Translations under genes and position numbers: made by a program
The notes under the pieces: model-generated
The model's database searches: none
Seen by the model: only the letters and a program-made list of their open reading frames with translations
What the model was told of the DNA's origin: nothing
Shown here: positions 1-11,820 of the stretch, piece by piece
Numbering within the stretch: position 1 is the first letter of the stretch
Layout: the number at the start of each line of letters is the position of its first letter
Source of the DNA: Octopus bimaculoides
Taxonomy: Eukaryota
Reading direction: 5' to 3'
Assembly (NCBI RefSeq): GCF_001194135.2
Contig: NC_069009.1
Coordinates: 8,853,878-8,914,418, forward strand
Length of the DNA stretch: 60,541 nucleotides

Positions 1-488
1 TGGCATGGTGCAGAGTCCTGTTGCCAGACATAGGGTCTCCCAGCAGCCACCCTTTTCACCCAGGGCAGCACTACCTCCCCCAAGTGCTTGATATAGACAT
101 CCGTGTTGAGTCTGAGGCCATGTGGGAAGATGAATGGAGGCATAATGTTACCATCACTAGTGATCACTCCAAACACCATGATGGTGACTGGATGTTTGAT
201 CTTTATCACTCTCAGTATCTCCAAATCCTCTGTACTGTCCTCAGACTGACACCCAAACACTTTGAAATGTTTGCATTGGAGCTTCTGGCATGAATGTCAA
301 GCAGTGCACCATGTCGTTTCCAAATTTCTGGCAGAGTGAATTGCAACATGGTGCTGTTTTTCTCACAGACGGTGCCCAACTGACTCTACTATACTGTGTA
401 GTCAACAAAATCATAAACAAACAATGCCAATGTGCATGGGCAAAATAAAAAATATAAAATGGCAAAAATTTACCCATCGCACCTTGTA
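1..488 (-). mobile_element. Internally deleted Tc1/mariner-superfamily (maT/DD37D-like) DNA transposon remnant, running off the window start
   Basis: Manual minus-strand translation of 1-230 gives IKHPVTIMVFGVITSDGNIMPPFIFPHGLRLNTDVYIKHL..VVLPWVKRVAAGRPYVWQQDSAPC(H), with one frameshift. This is typical of the maT-type catalytic region around the second D. A TIR-like end TA-CAAGGTGCGATGGG lies at ~473-488. Confidence 0.75.
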
Positions 489-542
489 TATACATACGTA
501 TATGTGTGTGTGTGTGTGTATATCCTCATCAGGAATGTAGTT

Positions 543-715
543 ATTTATAATAGGTGCAGGTGTGGCTGTGTGGTAACAACTTTGCTTCCCAACCATATGG
601 TTCTGAGTTCAGTCCCTGTGGGTGGCACCTTGGGCAAGTGTCTTCTACTATAGCCTTGGGTTGATGAAAGCTTTATAAATGGATATGATAGACAGAAACT
701 GAAAATAGCTTGTCA
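543..715 (+). mobile_element. tRNA-derived SINE, family A (5' head only)
   Basis: Box A-like GTGGCTGTGTGGTAA, Box B-like GGTTCTGAGTTCAGTCCC and CORE-like CACCTTGGGCAAGTGTC; matches many other copies in the window, e.g. 10540-10700. Confidence 0.8.
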
Positions 716-860
716 TATATATATATCATCATCATCATCATCATCGTTTAACGTCCGCTTNNNNNNNNNNNNNNNNNNNNNNNNNNNNNNNNNNNNNNNN
801 NNNNNNNNNNNNNNNNNNNNNNNNNNNNNNNNNNNNNNNNNNNNNNNNNNNNNNNNNNNN

Positions 861-1070
861 GGTGTCGTCATCAATGGTGGAATGTGGTCGTCCAGGAATA
901 GGAGCAGTTTTCACCAATGTCTGACCACATTTGAACTGGCAATGCCGGTGCTTGACTACATCGTATGATGGTGCATCGTCACCACAAACTTCTTTCATCT
1001 CATCAAAAGTCTCTTTTGGTGTGCGACCTTCCAAGTATAAAGAACCTGATCCCTGATCTGCATTCAACTG
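861..1070 (-). mobile_element. mariner transposase N-terminal HTH fragment
   Basis: ORF 741-1067 reads LYLEGRTPKETFDEMKEVCGDDAPSYDVVKH...FKCGQT....PIPGRP, a Mos1/Hsmar-type HTH ending in GRP; truncated by a gap. Confidence 0.75.
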
Positions 1071-1296
1071 CCTCCATTATAACAGCTTAGTCCACTTCAG
1101 CAGCCATAAAAGGCAAACAGATACTAGTGGAAAGCTGCAATTTATAATGTCACATGTAAAGACATGTATGATTATATCTGTACAAGTTCCGTTTCCTGCA
1201 ATAACCATAAGTGAATCAGGGGAAACCTTTAATGAACACACCTTATGTGTGTGTGTGTGTATAATATATATATGGATATATATATATATATATATA

Positions 1297-2120
1297 TCAT
1301 CATCATTGTTTAACATCCGCTTTCCATGCTGGCATGGGTTGGACGGTTTGACTGGGGACTGGTGAGCCAGATAGCTGCACCAGGTTCCAATCTGATCTGG
1401 CAGAGTTTCTACAGCTGGATGCCCTTCCTAATGCCAACCACTCAGAGAGTGTAGTGGGTGCTTTTACGTGCCACTGGCACGAGGGCCAGTCAGGCGGTAC
1501 TGGCAACGGCCATGCTCAAATGGTGTTTTACGTGTCACCTGCACAGGAGCCAGTCCAGCGGCACTGGCAACGCCCTCGCTTGAATGTTGTTTTCCACGTA
1601 CCACGGCACAAGTGCCAATAAGTTGACGCTGGTAATGATCACGCTTGAATGGTGCTTTTTACATGCCACCGGCAGGAGGCCAGTCAGCGGCCCTGGCAAC
1701 GATCACGCTTGGATGGTGCTCTTAGCGCTCCACTAGCACGGATGCCAGTCATGCGGTACTGTCATCCAATTTGATTCTGATTTCACTTGCCTCAACAGGT
1801 CTTCACAAGCAGAGTTTAGTGTCCAATTAAAGAAAGGTACGCCTAAGTGGGCTGGTTACACCACTGGCATAGGCCACAGGTTATGATCTTGGCTTGCTGG
1901 GTCTTCTCAAGCACAGCATATTTCCAAAGGACTTGGTCACTTGTCATTGCCTCGGTGAGGCCTAATGTTTGAAGGTCGTGCTTCATCACCTCATCCCAGG
2001 TCTTCCTGGGTCTACCTCTTCTGCAGTTTCCCTCAACTGCTAGGGTGTGGCACTTTTTCACACAGCTATCCTCATCCATTCATACCACATGACCATACCA
2101 CCACATCTGATGCTTCTTAG
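1297..2120 (-). mobile_element. RTE-clade LINE 3' end (ORF C-terminus, 3' UTR and (GAT)n tail)
   Basis: ORF 1843-2079 reads MDEDSCVKKCHTLAVEGNCRRGRPRKTWDEVMKHDL (RTE C-terminal GRPRKTW motif); the minus strand ends GGATGTTAAACAATGATGATGA. Confidence 0.85.
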
Positions 2121-2244
2121 GTCCAACTTTTCTCTATATATTATTCATATAAATATAGTGTATATTTAAACACATCAGAGGTATCTATCATAGGATTCCT
2201 GTTTAAATGTCCACTGTATTTATGTGTGTGCATGTGTGTCTTTT

Positions 2245-2632
2245 ATTTTTATCTTTTACTTTTTTCAATTATTAGACTGTGGTCATGTTGGGGTACCACC
2301 TCGAAGAAATTTTAGTCAAATGAATTGGCCCCAGTACTTTTTTTGAGTCTGGTGCTTATGCTATCACTTGCTTTTGCTGAACCACTAAGTTACAGGAATG
2401 TAAACACACTAACACCAGTTATCAGGCAGTGGTGGGAGACAGATACAGAGACACACATACACATATATATGATGGGCTTCTTTCAGTTTCTGTTCACCAA
2501 ATCCATTCACAAGGCTTTGGCTGGTTTGAGGCTATAGTAGAAGACGTTTGTCTAAAATGCCACACAGTGGGACTGAACCTGGAACCATGTGGTTGGGAAG
2601 CAAGCCTCTTATCACACAGCCATGTCTGCACC
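2245..2632 (-). mobile_element. SINE family A, full bipartite copy (head, microsatellite, tail)
   Basis: Reverse complement matches 10540-10950 over both halves. Confidence 0.8.
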
Positions 2633-3377
2633 TACACACACACACACATATAGAGTATATAGATCCAATATAGATAGAATCATTAACAAAAATGTACTCC
2701 ATCCACTGAGAGATAAATATCAATTTAAATACACAACCAAAAGAGCTACTCATAGTTTCAGATGCCTTCTATATAAAAGCATTCGATTAGTATCTGTTTT
2801 AGTTCTCTGTCAAGAACACTTTTATGACTTTTCTCATGATTTTAGTAATTGCTGCATTTGTTGCTGTAATATTATTTGTTGTTGTTGTTCTTGCAGTTGT
2901 ATCTGCTGTTGTTGTGTGTTAAATTGATTTGTGTGTGTGTTTGTATATGTTCCTCACCATTGTTTACAACTTCTTTCGGTTTCTTCACATCCCTGTAGCT
3001 TAGTGGTCCGGCAAAAGGAGACTTGGCTTTAAAAAATTAGTACTGGGATTGATTTGTTCAACTAAACCCTTTGAGGTGGTGCCTCAACATGGCCACAGTC
3101 CAATGTCTGAAACAAGTAAACAAGAGATAAAAAGTGTGTGTGTGTGCAGTTAGCTGGCTGTCTGACTCAGTTACAAACATAACAACTTTTATCGTTTCCT
3201 CCTCAACCTAGATAACAAACTAACCATGATATTCAGTTTACATTCCTCTTTTTTTTTTATGACAACTGTAGCATAGAATTTTATCAACAATGACTTTACC
3301 CTCACCTCTCACTATATGTGTGTGTGTGTGTGTGTGCATTTCTGTGGTTTGAAGATCAACAGGAGGCACAGACGTGG

Positions 3378-3560
3378 CACACGCATGGCATAGATACAGG
3401 CATGACTGTGTGATAAGAAGCTCGCTTCCCACCATATGGTTCTGGGCTCAATCCCACTGTGTAGAACCTTGGGCAAGTGTCTTGTACTATAGCCTCAGGC
3501 TGACCAAATTCTTGTGAGTGGATTTGGTAGACGGAAACTGAAAGCAGCCCCTTGAGTATA
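3378..3560 (+). mobile_element. SINE family A head
   Basis: GACTGTGTGATAAGAAG...GGTTCTGGGCTCAATCCC...CCTTGGGCAAGTGTC...GGATTTGGTAGACGGAAACTG. Confidence 0.8.
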
Positions 3561-3620
3561 TGTATATGTGTGTGTGTACATATATATATACATATATATA
3601 TATATATACATACATATATA

Positions 3621-6050
3621 CTAGCAGAGATACCCGGCGTTGCCTGTGTTACATGCAATTGAAGAATGAGACTTTTCTGTTATATTTTCTGTAAGGAACT
3701 GGAATACATATGATTCGAATTTCATCAAAATTGCATATGAGGGTTCTTTCCTTCTTTACACACCCTAAAAAAATTCTAATCATGACATATGTATCCCATA
3801 CTATTGATCTTTATGCGCATATTCCACAATTCCAGTCTTCTGGAACCTGTAAAAAGGATTTTGCTCCTGAAAAATGGAGCTCATGGAGCTGTAAAATGTG
3901 GGAATGAAGGCCCCTATTGGGGGTGGGTGTGATGTCAACCAGAGAAGTTGAATTGTTGGGAATGTTTTTAACTTGGGTCTTATAGTATGCCTGTATATAT
4001 GAGAGTATAGTTTCACTTTAATAGTTTCAGTATGAAATTGAAACTATTAAAGTGAAAGTATCTGACATTACAATAGCGACATGTTATTGTTTCGCTTTTG
4101 ACACGTAATATTGACATGAAAATGGCAACAGCTGTGAAAGGCACGGTGAGAGAAATGGTAATTGGAAAGGAGAAAGTGGTAATGAAATGCGTTGGGAAAG
4201 TTATCGTTTGTGTGGACATGAATTTTGAGTGTTGTCTGTGAATGCATGCCGTATAGATTGGATAGGGAAAGGGTTAATGAAAGAGTAATTGGATGAATTG
4301 ATTAGGTTTGTTTATTTGTACTGGTGGTGTCGAAGCTGCTGTTGATGCTGCATGTGAGTGTAGGAATGGTTATAGGTAAGTTAGTCGGTGTGCAGGTCCA
4401 CATGTAGGAAGAAGGAAAAAAGTATCGTTAAATTTGTATGTGTGCAGTGGTACGCATTTCAGTAAGAAGTGAAAGAAGTGGGAGTGTTATCGCTCCGTAT
4501 GAAGTACCCTGTTAACCTATTGTTAATGAAAGAAATGGAAAAGAATAGAAAATGTAAGAAATGAAGTGAATAAATGCAAAAGATTGCTTGAGACCTGCAT
4601 TAGGGAAGAAGTATGGAATTATTTGGAAAGAAATGAAAATGTGGAAAGTAGGAGTCGTGACAGGGAATAGAAAAAGGAAGGTATTATTGTAGCATAATTT
4701 GAATGTCTGTGATGGAAGACATATAAATGGGCTGCAAAAGAAAGAAAGAGAATAGTTGGGAGTTGATATGCAGGTGTAGTTTGAGACATTAACGAAATTG
4801 TTTTGTATTTGTTAAACGTTGTGCTACCACTGAACAGGTATTTGCGAGAAGCCGTTATGCGGTCGCACGCGTATCAGTAAGAAGTGGAGAAAGTGGGATT
4901 GTTTTCGGTCGTAATCAAGTACCCTGTTCCCCTATTGTAAATAAAAGAAATTGAAAAGAGATGAAAATGTCAGAAATTGAGTGAAGTGAAGCAAAAGCTT
5001 GCTCGGCGTCCGCATTATGGAAAATTATGGAATTAATTTGAAAGAAGTGAAAAGGTAAAAATCAGGAGTATGGACACTGAATGGAAAAGGAACGGTATTA
5101 TTGTATCAGAATTGGAAAGTCAACGATGGAAAACATATGAATGCAGTGGAAAAGAAAGAAAGAAAAGTGTTGGGAGTTGATATGCAGGTATACTTGTAGA
5201 CATGAACAGATTTTGTATGTATTTGTGAGCCATGGTGCTAGCAGAGAACAGGTATTTATAAAAAGCCATTATGTGGTAGCAACGTGTGTTAGAAATAGCA
5301 GTGAAATGTTAAATATTGATGTAATTTAGAAATGAAAAAGGTTACGTACCGAATTCAGCAGAATAAATGAATGTGCTTTAGTTGGTCAATATTGCTTTGA
5401 TAGAGCAATATTGTGAAGAGAAGATGATAGAAATTGTAAGAGGAGAGGAGACAGTGATTATGAATTTCGTTCCCAATGTTATTTGCCTGGAAATGAATTC
5501 TGTCGTATATATAAGAACGCAGCCAGCTAGAAGGATGAAGATATCAGTGGTACTATAGTGGCATGGGGTCGTCTTAAGTCTCTGTATGCTAGGAAGGTTA
5601 GAGGTGAAGTGGATGACAATAGATTTCACTTGAGAAGGTAGTATCTGGTTAATATCTGTTACCATGTTCCATTGTCCCATAATGGGAAGTAAGTTTTATT
5701 TTACTGTGGTGGTAAGGAAATGAGAATGAGATGTAAGGGGACAATATTTTTGAGATAGTGGTTAATTGGTGCTATAGTTGTGTGGGGTCGTTATAACTGT
5801 GGGCACGGGTAGGAAGGTTACAGTTGAAGTGGATGACAATATATTTCACTTGACAAGGTAGCATGTGGTTAATATCTGTCATCATCTTCCATTGTCCTGT
5901 AGTGAGAATTAAGTTTTTTTTCCCTGTGGTGGGAATGAAATGAGAATGAGATGTAATGGGATAGTGTTTTTGAAATTACGGTTCAATAGTTTTATAGTCG
6001 TGTTGGGTCGTTTGAAGTCTAGGTACGCTAGGAAGGTTAGGAGCTCCTTC
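3621..6050 (-). mobile_element. Probable Helitron-type non-autonomous element (3' end at 3621; 5' boundary uncertain)
   Basis: The minus strand ends GGCAACGCCGGGTATCTCTG-CTAG|T, nearly the same as the 3' end of the complete Helitron at 44422-45102. The interior holds diverged tandem duplications; how far the element extends is inferred. Confidence 0.5.
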
Positions 6051-6169
6051 ACAAATCATATAGGTGCATAAGATCAGTTTTCTGGTTTTTGTGGTGTATA
6101 TATTCTGCCCTGGATGTGATGCCAGTCCATCACAGGATTGTTCATTTTTACCAGCTTGGTGGACTGGTG

Positions 6170-9100
6170 CAACCTGTACCTGGACTTTGAAGACCAAACT
6201 ACGAACTACTGACAACATCACACCATTACTATTTATATGTAATGGTCCCGTCTATTCTCATCAGAGGATATCACCACAACATCTCACCTTTTGAGATTTT
6301 GAATTCCGAAGGAATAAAATTTTTTTTATTTATTATTATTATTTTTTAGTATCTTTTTTGCTTGGCCCTTATCTCAAGGTGTTCAGTCGGTTTCCGTTTT
6401 CTCCTGCTGGTTCTATGGGACTCCATTACTTTCGGTACTGGGACATCAAATACATCAAACAATACTTCCATAGCAATTCCTCTCCACTCTTCAGCATGTC
6501 TTTTCTTTTTTGTTGATTTATGTGTCTCTTATGTTCCCAGCATGGTCCTTTAATTTGATTACATCATACTTCCTATTGTTTTGGTTACAAGGCCATCCTC
6601 ACAGCCTTCTTTACCATTTCTGTAGGTTTTGAAATGCACTTTATCTCCTACTTCGAAATATTTCGTTGCATCTTTTTTTTCTCTGGTGGTAAATTATCAA
6701 AAATCGATTTTATTCTTCTTGCGAACATCAACTCTGCAGGTGACTTTCCCGAATTTGTACTTGGATTGGAGGTTACTTTATATACCCTTAAGAATTTTGT
6801 TAGTGCTTGATTGCTACTTCATTCATTCCAAGCTTTTCTTAACACTCTTTTGAATGTGTCCACACATCTTTCTACCTGCCCATTTGACCTTGGGTGATAG
6901 GGTGGAGTGAAAATATGCTTTATTGCATGCATTTTACAGAGGTTCTTCCATTCATACCCTGAGAATTGCATTCGATTATCAGAAACTACCGTGTCTGGAG
7001 CATTGTATCGCACAAACAATTCATATAGGAACTTTACAGTTGTCTTAGCAGTTGCTTTATTGCACCTGCATACCTCTGGCCACTTTGTACAGCTGTCTAC
7101 AATTGCTGTTCACCAGTCCAGCATAGTTGATATGTAACCGAGACCATGGGTTCTTAGTCTCTGGCCATGATTGGCATTTTACCAGTGGAGCTTTGGCCAC
7201 AAGCGTGCAACCTTGACAAGTTCTCAGCCTGTTTTCAATATCCCGGTCCACAGTTGGCCAATAAATGCAGCTCCTCATCAAAGCTTTCATCCTCATCACT
7301 CCCAGGTGTCTGCTGTGGAATTGCTGGATTTGTACGTTTTTGTAATGTAGTCAATACTACAACTCTGTGCATATGTCAGAATACCATCGCATATTGAGAA
7401 ACTATTTGAATTTGTATTTTTATTCTGCTTATTTCATTTTTGTAATATACTCATCGCCTACAGATTTCATTCTTATATCCTGTGCAGTCACTGGCAGTTC
7501 TTGGATAACATTAGTCATAATACATTTTATTTCATTTTCTGCCTTGAAGGGTCAGGCCATCAATTATTTCTCCTGAGTACTTAATGTGAGGCAAAAAGGA
7601 AGTCACATTTTTTTTCCCCTCAAAGTGAACCCGTACTCTTTAATTTTTTTGAACACAGCTTTTATATGTTCCACAGGCTGTTCACGTGAATTACTCTTAA
7701 TCAATATATCGTCCAAATAAGGGATTAAAATTCACAATCAGATAACATAGTTTCCATGCTTTGCTGAAATATTGCCGGTGCAACCTTTAATCTAAATAGG
7801 AAATGGGATATATCTGTACAATCCTCTAAGTGTATTTATTGTCAGATACTTTGAGCATTTGTCATTTACTTTAATCTGTAAACAAGCGTCAGACAGATCC
7901 AATTTGGAGAAAATTTTTCCACCATTTAATTTTGTGAAAATGTCCTCTGGAGTCGGGAGTGGACAGTGGCATGTCTTTAAGCAGCCATTCAATTCTGTAG
8001 AGAAATTGGCACACAGCCTAATCTTATTATTTTTTAATGCACACCATTCATTTACAATTTCAATTGCTGTGAACAGTACTGTTTGCTGTTTTGCATGGTT
8101 TCCTGATTTTTCTCCATGTATCCACATTTATGATTGAAATATCACTACCTATATCCAACTGTAGTTTAATATTCACACCATTTATTTTGACAACTATGAA
8201 TTTTCTTGTTCTTTGTGTCACATTCACTTTCTGCTGAAAGAACCTTAGAACTTTTTGTATTTGACCCTTGTAATCTTGTCCTGCAGTGTGAGCTTTTGTG
8301 ACCAAGTTTCTGACAACTTTAACATTTTTAGTTTTAAAACGGACACTCCTATCTGAAGTGTAGGTCTCCACATTTGTAACATGGATTAGGGCCTGGCACT
8401 CTTTTTTGGTTGTACTTTTGTGGAATCTTTCTCTTGAATTTTTTTTCACATTGTGCTTCAGGTTTACCATTGTTTGACATTCTTCTGCAATGGTCTGGAA
8501 GGTTAAGTCTTGGTTTGCTTGCTCCATTTTTGAGAGAATCGTTGCCTGAATTTCTCTACCTTCAGTTGTCGTAAGGCCTTGTATGAAGATAAGGAATTTA
8601 AACATATCCCGAGTGAGTTCCTGAAGTTTAAACTTTTCACACATATGGTTGACTACTCCAGCATATGTAATGAAGTCATCATCATAATTTTTTGTTAAGT
8701 TCCAACATTCCATTTGAGCATTAAATAACGAATTTTTGTCACAAAAAATCTTTGACAGTAATTCAATAGCTTCTTGGAAACCAATTTCACTCGACTTTTT
8801 GGGCAACAGCGTTCATGCTCGGCTGGAGCTACCTTGCATAGTAATAGCCTTACTTTCTCCTCATCCAACCATGACTTGCAATCTTTGTTAAAAATTTCCT
8901 CACACTTTCTATAGTACGCAGGAAATGTAATACCTTCCTTCAGAGTAGAAGTGAATTCAGAAATTGAGTTTGCCACACCATCTGGTGTGAACAAACTTAC
9001 CGAATTTTCAGACTTCCTTGACTGTAACTCAATTAACTGTTGTTGTAATATTTGCTTCTGAAATTCCTGTAGTTGTTCCTGTTGCTTCTCTTGAAGCTGT

Positions 9101-9473
9101 ATTACTGCAGCTAATAGGTTCTCCATAATTTAGCAATTTGTATGATGCACAAATTGTCAAATTACTTATGTGAGCTTTGAAAAATCTTTGTTGCTACATG
9201 TTATATCCTTACGCCTCCAATATCGTAGTATGGTTGATATTGTTGATGATAGATAAAGAATACACTCTAACAGTGTTATAACAATGCAAAATAGGAACAA
9301 TGGTGGTAACAAACATGTAATGAGCCAACAATCAATATTTCCAACACACTAACTTGAACTGTAAACTGTACCTGGACTTCAAAGACCAAACTACAAACTC
9401 CTGACTACATCAGATCGTTACTATTTATATGTAGTCTGTTCTCATCCGAGGGTGTCGTACTCTTGTCACAGCA
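6170..9473 (-). mobile_element. Degenerate Gypsy LTR retrotransposon (K02A2.6/Mag-like) with remnants of both LTRs
   Basis: Gag-like ORFs 8695-9126 and 8060-8806 (protease LQLDIGSDISII); RT fragment LPTPEDIFTKLNGGKIFSKLDLSDACLQI (7792-8050); integrase zinc-binding/core fragments (6819-7299, PPYHPRSNGQVER). 6175-6262 and 9365-9450 share LTR sequence. PPT-like CAAAAGGTGAGA precedes TGTTGTG at 6281. RNase H is missing and there are many frameshifts. Confidence 0.9.
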
Positions 9474-10496
9474 ATATATATCATCAGTAGTTCATTTACC
9501 CGAAAAAGAAGCATGCTCTAGAGCATCAGTGCAGTAATATATTTTTTAGGAAGTTGATGATTATAGCTTGTCCTGCTTACACATATAGGTAACTCTGATC
9601 AGACTCAAATGCCCGAAGGCACATAACCTCTCTACAACTAGAGGAAGAAGACATTATGGTCTGTTAGTTTTGTAAACAAAAAATACATCTGGAATGGCTG
9701 TGCAGGAGGTATTACATTGGTTTTGTCATGGTGATATTTGAAGATGTTGCTGCGGTTTTATTCAATGAATCGGGAATTCCAAGCTTGTAGCAGGAAACAT
9801 CTTAGATGAGGGCTTTGACTAAATATTTCTTTCCTGGAGTTTAAAAAGATTCCCAGACCAATTGAGTTTTTTAGGATTCTTGCTCTTTCTGCCAAGCAAA
9901 GCTTACATCATTTGCTCCCATTTATATAAGTTTTCAATTCAATTCTGTATGGGGTTCCTTCCTTTTTTTAAGCACCATACATGGTGCTGGCCAGGGATGT
10001 GATGCTGCACCTTTCCAGTATCCTAAAAGAGGACCTGTGGTTGTTCACAAATTGCTCAAATGCCCCCCACCCCCCACCCCATTGAACCAACATATTTTCA
10101 AGGCTGTGTATTGGATGTGCTACCATCGCTGACATTTCTTTCGTTTATTCTGCACCTGTCGTTCTTGTTGCAGTCACTGCTGATGCTGTCATTCCTGGCG
10201 GTTCTGTTGTTAATGGTGTTCCCACCATTTCTAGTTGCAATGCTGGTGTTCATTGAATAGAATTGCGACAGCATCTTCAAATAACACCATGGCCAGAACT
10301 GATGTAAGGGAGATAACCCGCCCCACCTATAACGCTTCTTGCATCACCACTTCAGATGTATCGTTTTCAAAACTAACTGACCATGACATCTTCTCCCTTC
10401 TGCTTGTAGAGAGGTTGTTATGGCTAAACTCTTTACAGGTGTGAAACCAATGGTCACTCTCTGACTGACCATAGCAATGAACTTCTGGAAAAAAAA

Positions 10497-10536
<40 letters not shown>

Positions 10537-10539
10537 TAT

Positions 10540-10950
10540 GCGCAGGAGTGGCTGTGTGGTAAGTAGCTTGCTTACCAACCACATGGTTCCGGGTTCAGTC
10601 CTACTGCGTGACACCTTGGCCAAGTGTCTTCTACTATAGCCTCGGGCCGACCAAAGCCTTGTGAGTGGATTTGGTAGACGGAAACTGAAAGAAGCCCGTC
10701 GTATATATGTATATATATATATATATATGTATGTGTATGTATATGTTGTGTATCTGTGTTTGTCTCCCAACATCGCTTGACAACCGATGCTGGTGTATTT
10801 AGGTCCCTGTAAATTAGCTGTTCGGCAAAAGAGACCGATAGAATAAGTACTAGGCTTACAAAGAATAAGTCCTGGGGTCGATTTGATTCAACTGAAAGCG
10901 GTGCTCCAGCATGGCCGCAGTCAAATGACTGAAACAAGTAAAGAAAGAAA
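10540..10950 (+). mobile_element. SINE family A, full near-consensus copy
   Basis: tRNA-like head (GGCTGTGTGGTAAG, GGTTCCGGGTTCAGTCC), CORE-like motif, central (TA)/(TG) tract, tail ending CAGTCAAATGACTGAAACAAGTAAAAG. Confidence 0.85.
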
Positions 10951-11139
10951 AGAAATATATATGTATATATAGCAATAAGAAAATGGAGGGGAATATGAGG
11001 TACTCATCAACTTGCAGATACTGTACTCTGTTGATTAATCCGTTTATTTTACAACCAAAATGACAAAAAAGACAATATACAGACACTTATGACATACTAT
11101 GTCATATCAGCAATTAAATGTGGGGGTAATGGACATGAA

Positions 11140-11480
11140 GTGGTATTTGTGTGGTGGTGGTGGTGGTGGTGGTGGTGGTGGTGGTGATAGATTGGTGATG
11201 GCAGTATCATGGTAATGTTGATGATAGTGGTGTGGTGGTATTGGTGCTTATGCTGACAGTAATGGTGGTGGTGGTACTGGTGGCAGTGACATTGTTGGTG
11301 ATATTGGTGGTGATGTGCCATCATAGAACGAGAGAAGAAAACAAATAACAAAATAAAATCAATTCCGTGGATACAAATTAGTTTAATAATCACTATCATT
11401 ATCGTTATCATCATCATCACTAACATCCTCCTTCTCCTCATCATCATTATCATTACCATCATCATCATCCACATCAACAC
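11140..11480. repeat. (TGG)n and (CAT)n microsatellite / low-complexity block
   Basis: Direct sequence inspection. Confidence 0.9.
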
Positions 11481-11820
11481 TATCATTACTTGCATAATCA
11501 TTATGAAGCCAAACCATCCACCCATTGCACCATGTCCCTCATTTGGAGGCGATACCAGGCTGCTGTTTCTGGCATGTTAAGTAATCATATAATAGAGGCC
11601 CCTTTATTTCGGTTGATATCTGGTGGATCAATGAAAAGGTGAGGGGGCAGGAACAGGATAACAGTTGCAATATCTCCATAATGTAACTGGTTTCCCCACA
11701 TCTCCCTACTGTGGCTGGTTTCTGCGGTGAGGGCCATGAAAACCCATTAAAAAAATGTCTTCCTACTTTCCTCCTCTTCTGTCTCTGTCCTGTTATATAA
11801 TCCCTCTCCCCAGGTGCTCC

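Noticed and set aside
2820-2930. Minus-strand Gln-rich frame (QQQQIQLQEQQQQIILQQQMQQLLKS)
   Set aside because: It resembles the Gypsy gag N-terminus at 9050-9126 and is flanked by stops, with no splice sites; probably a decayed gag scrap, too weak to call.
10540-10620. tRNA-like Box A/Box B sequences in many places
   Set aside because: These are SINE heads with no cloverleaf or acceptor stem; not tRNA genes.
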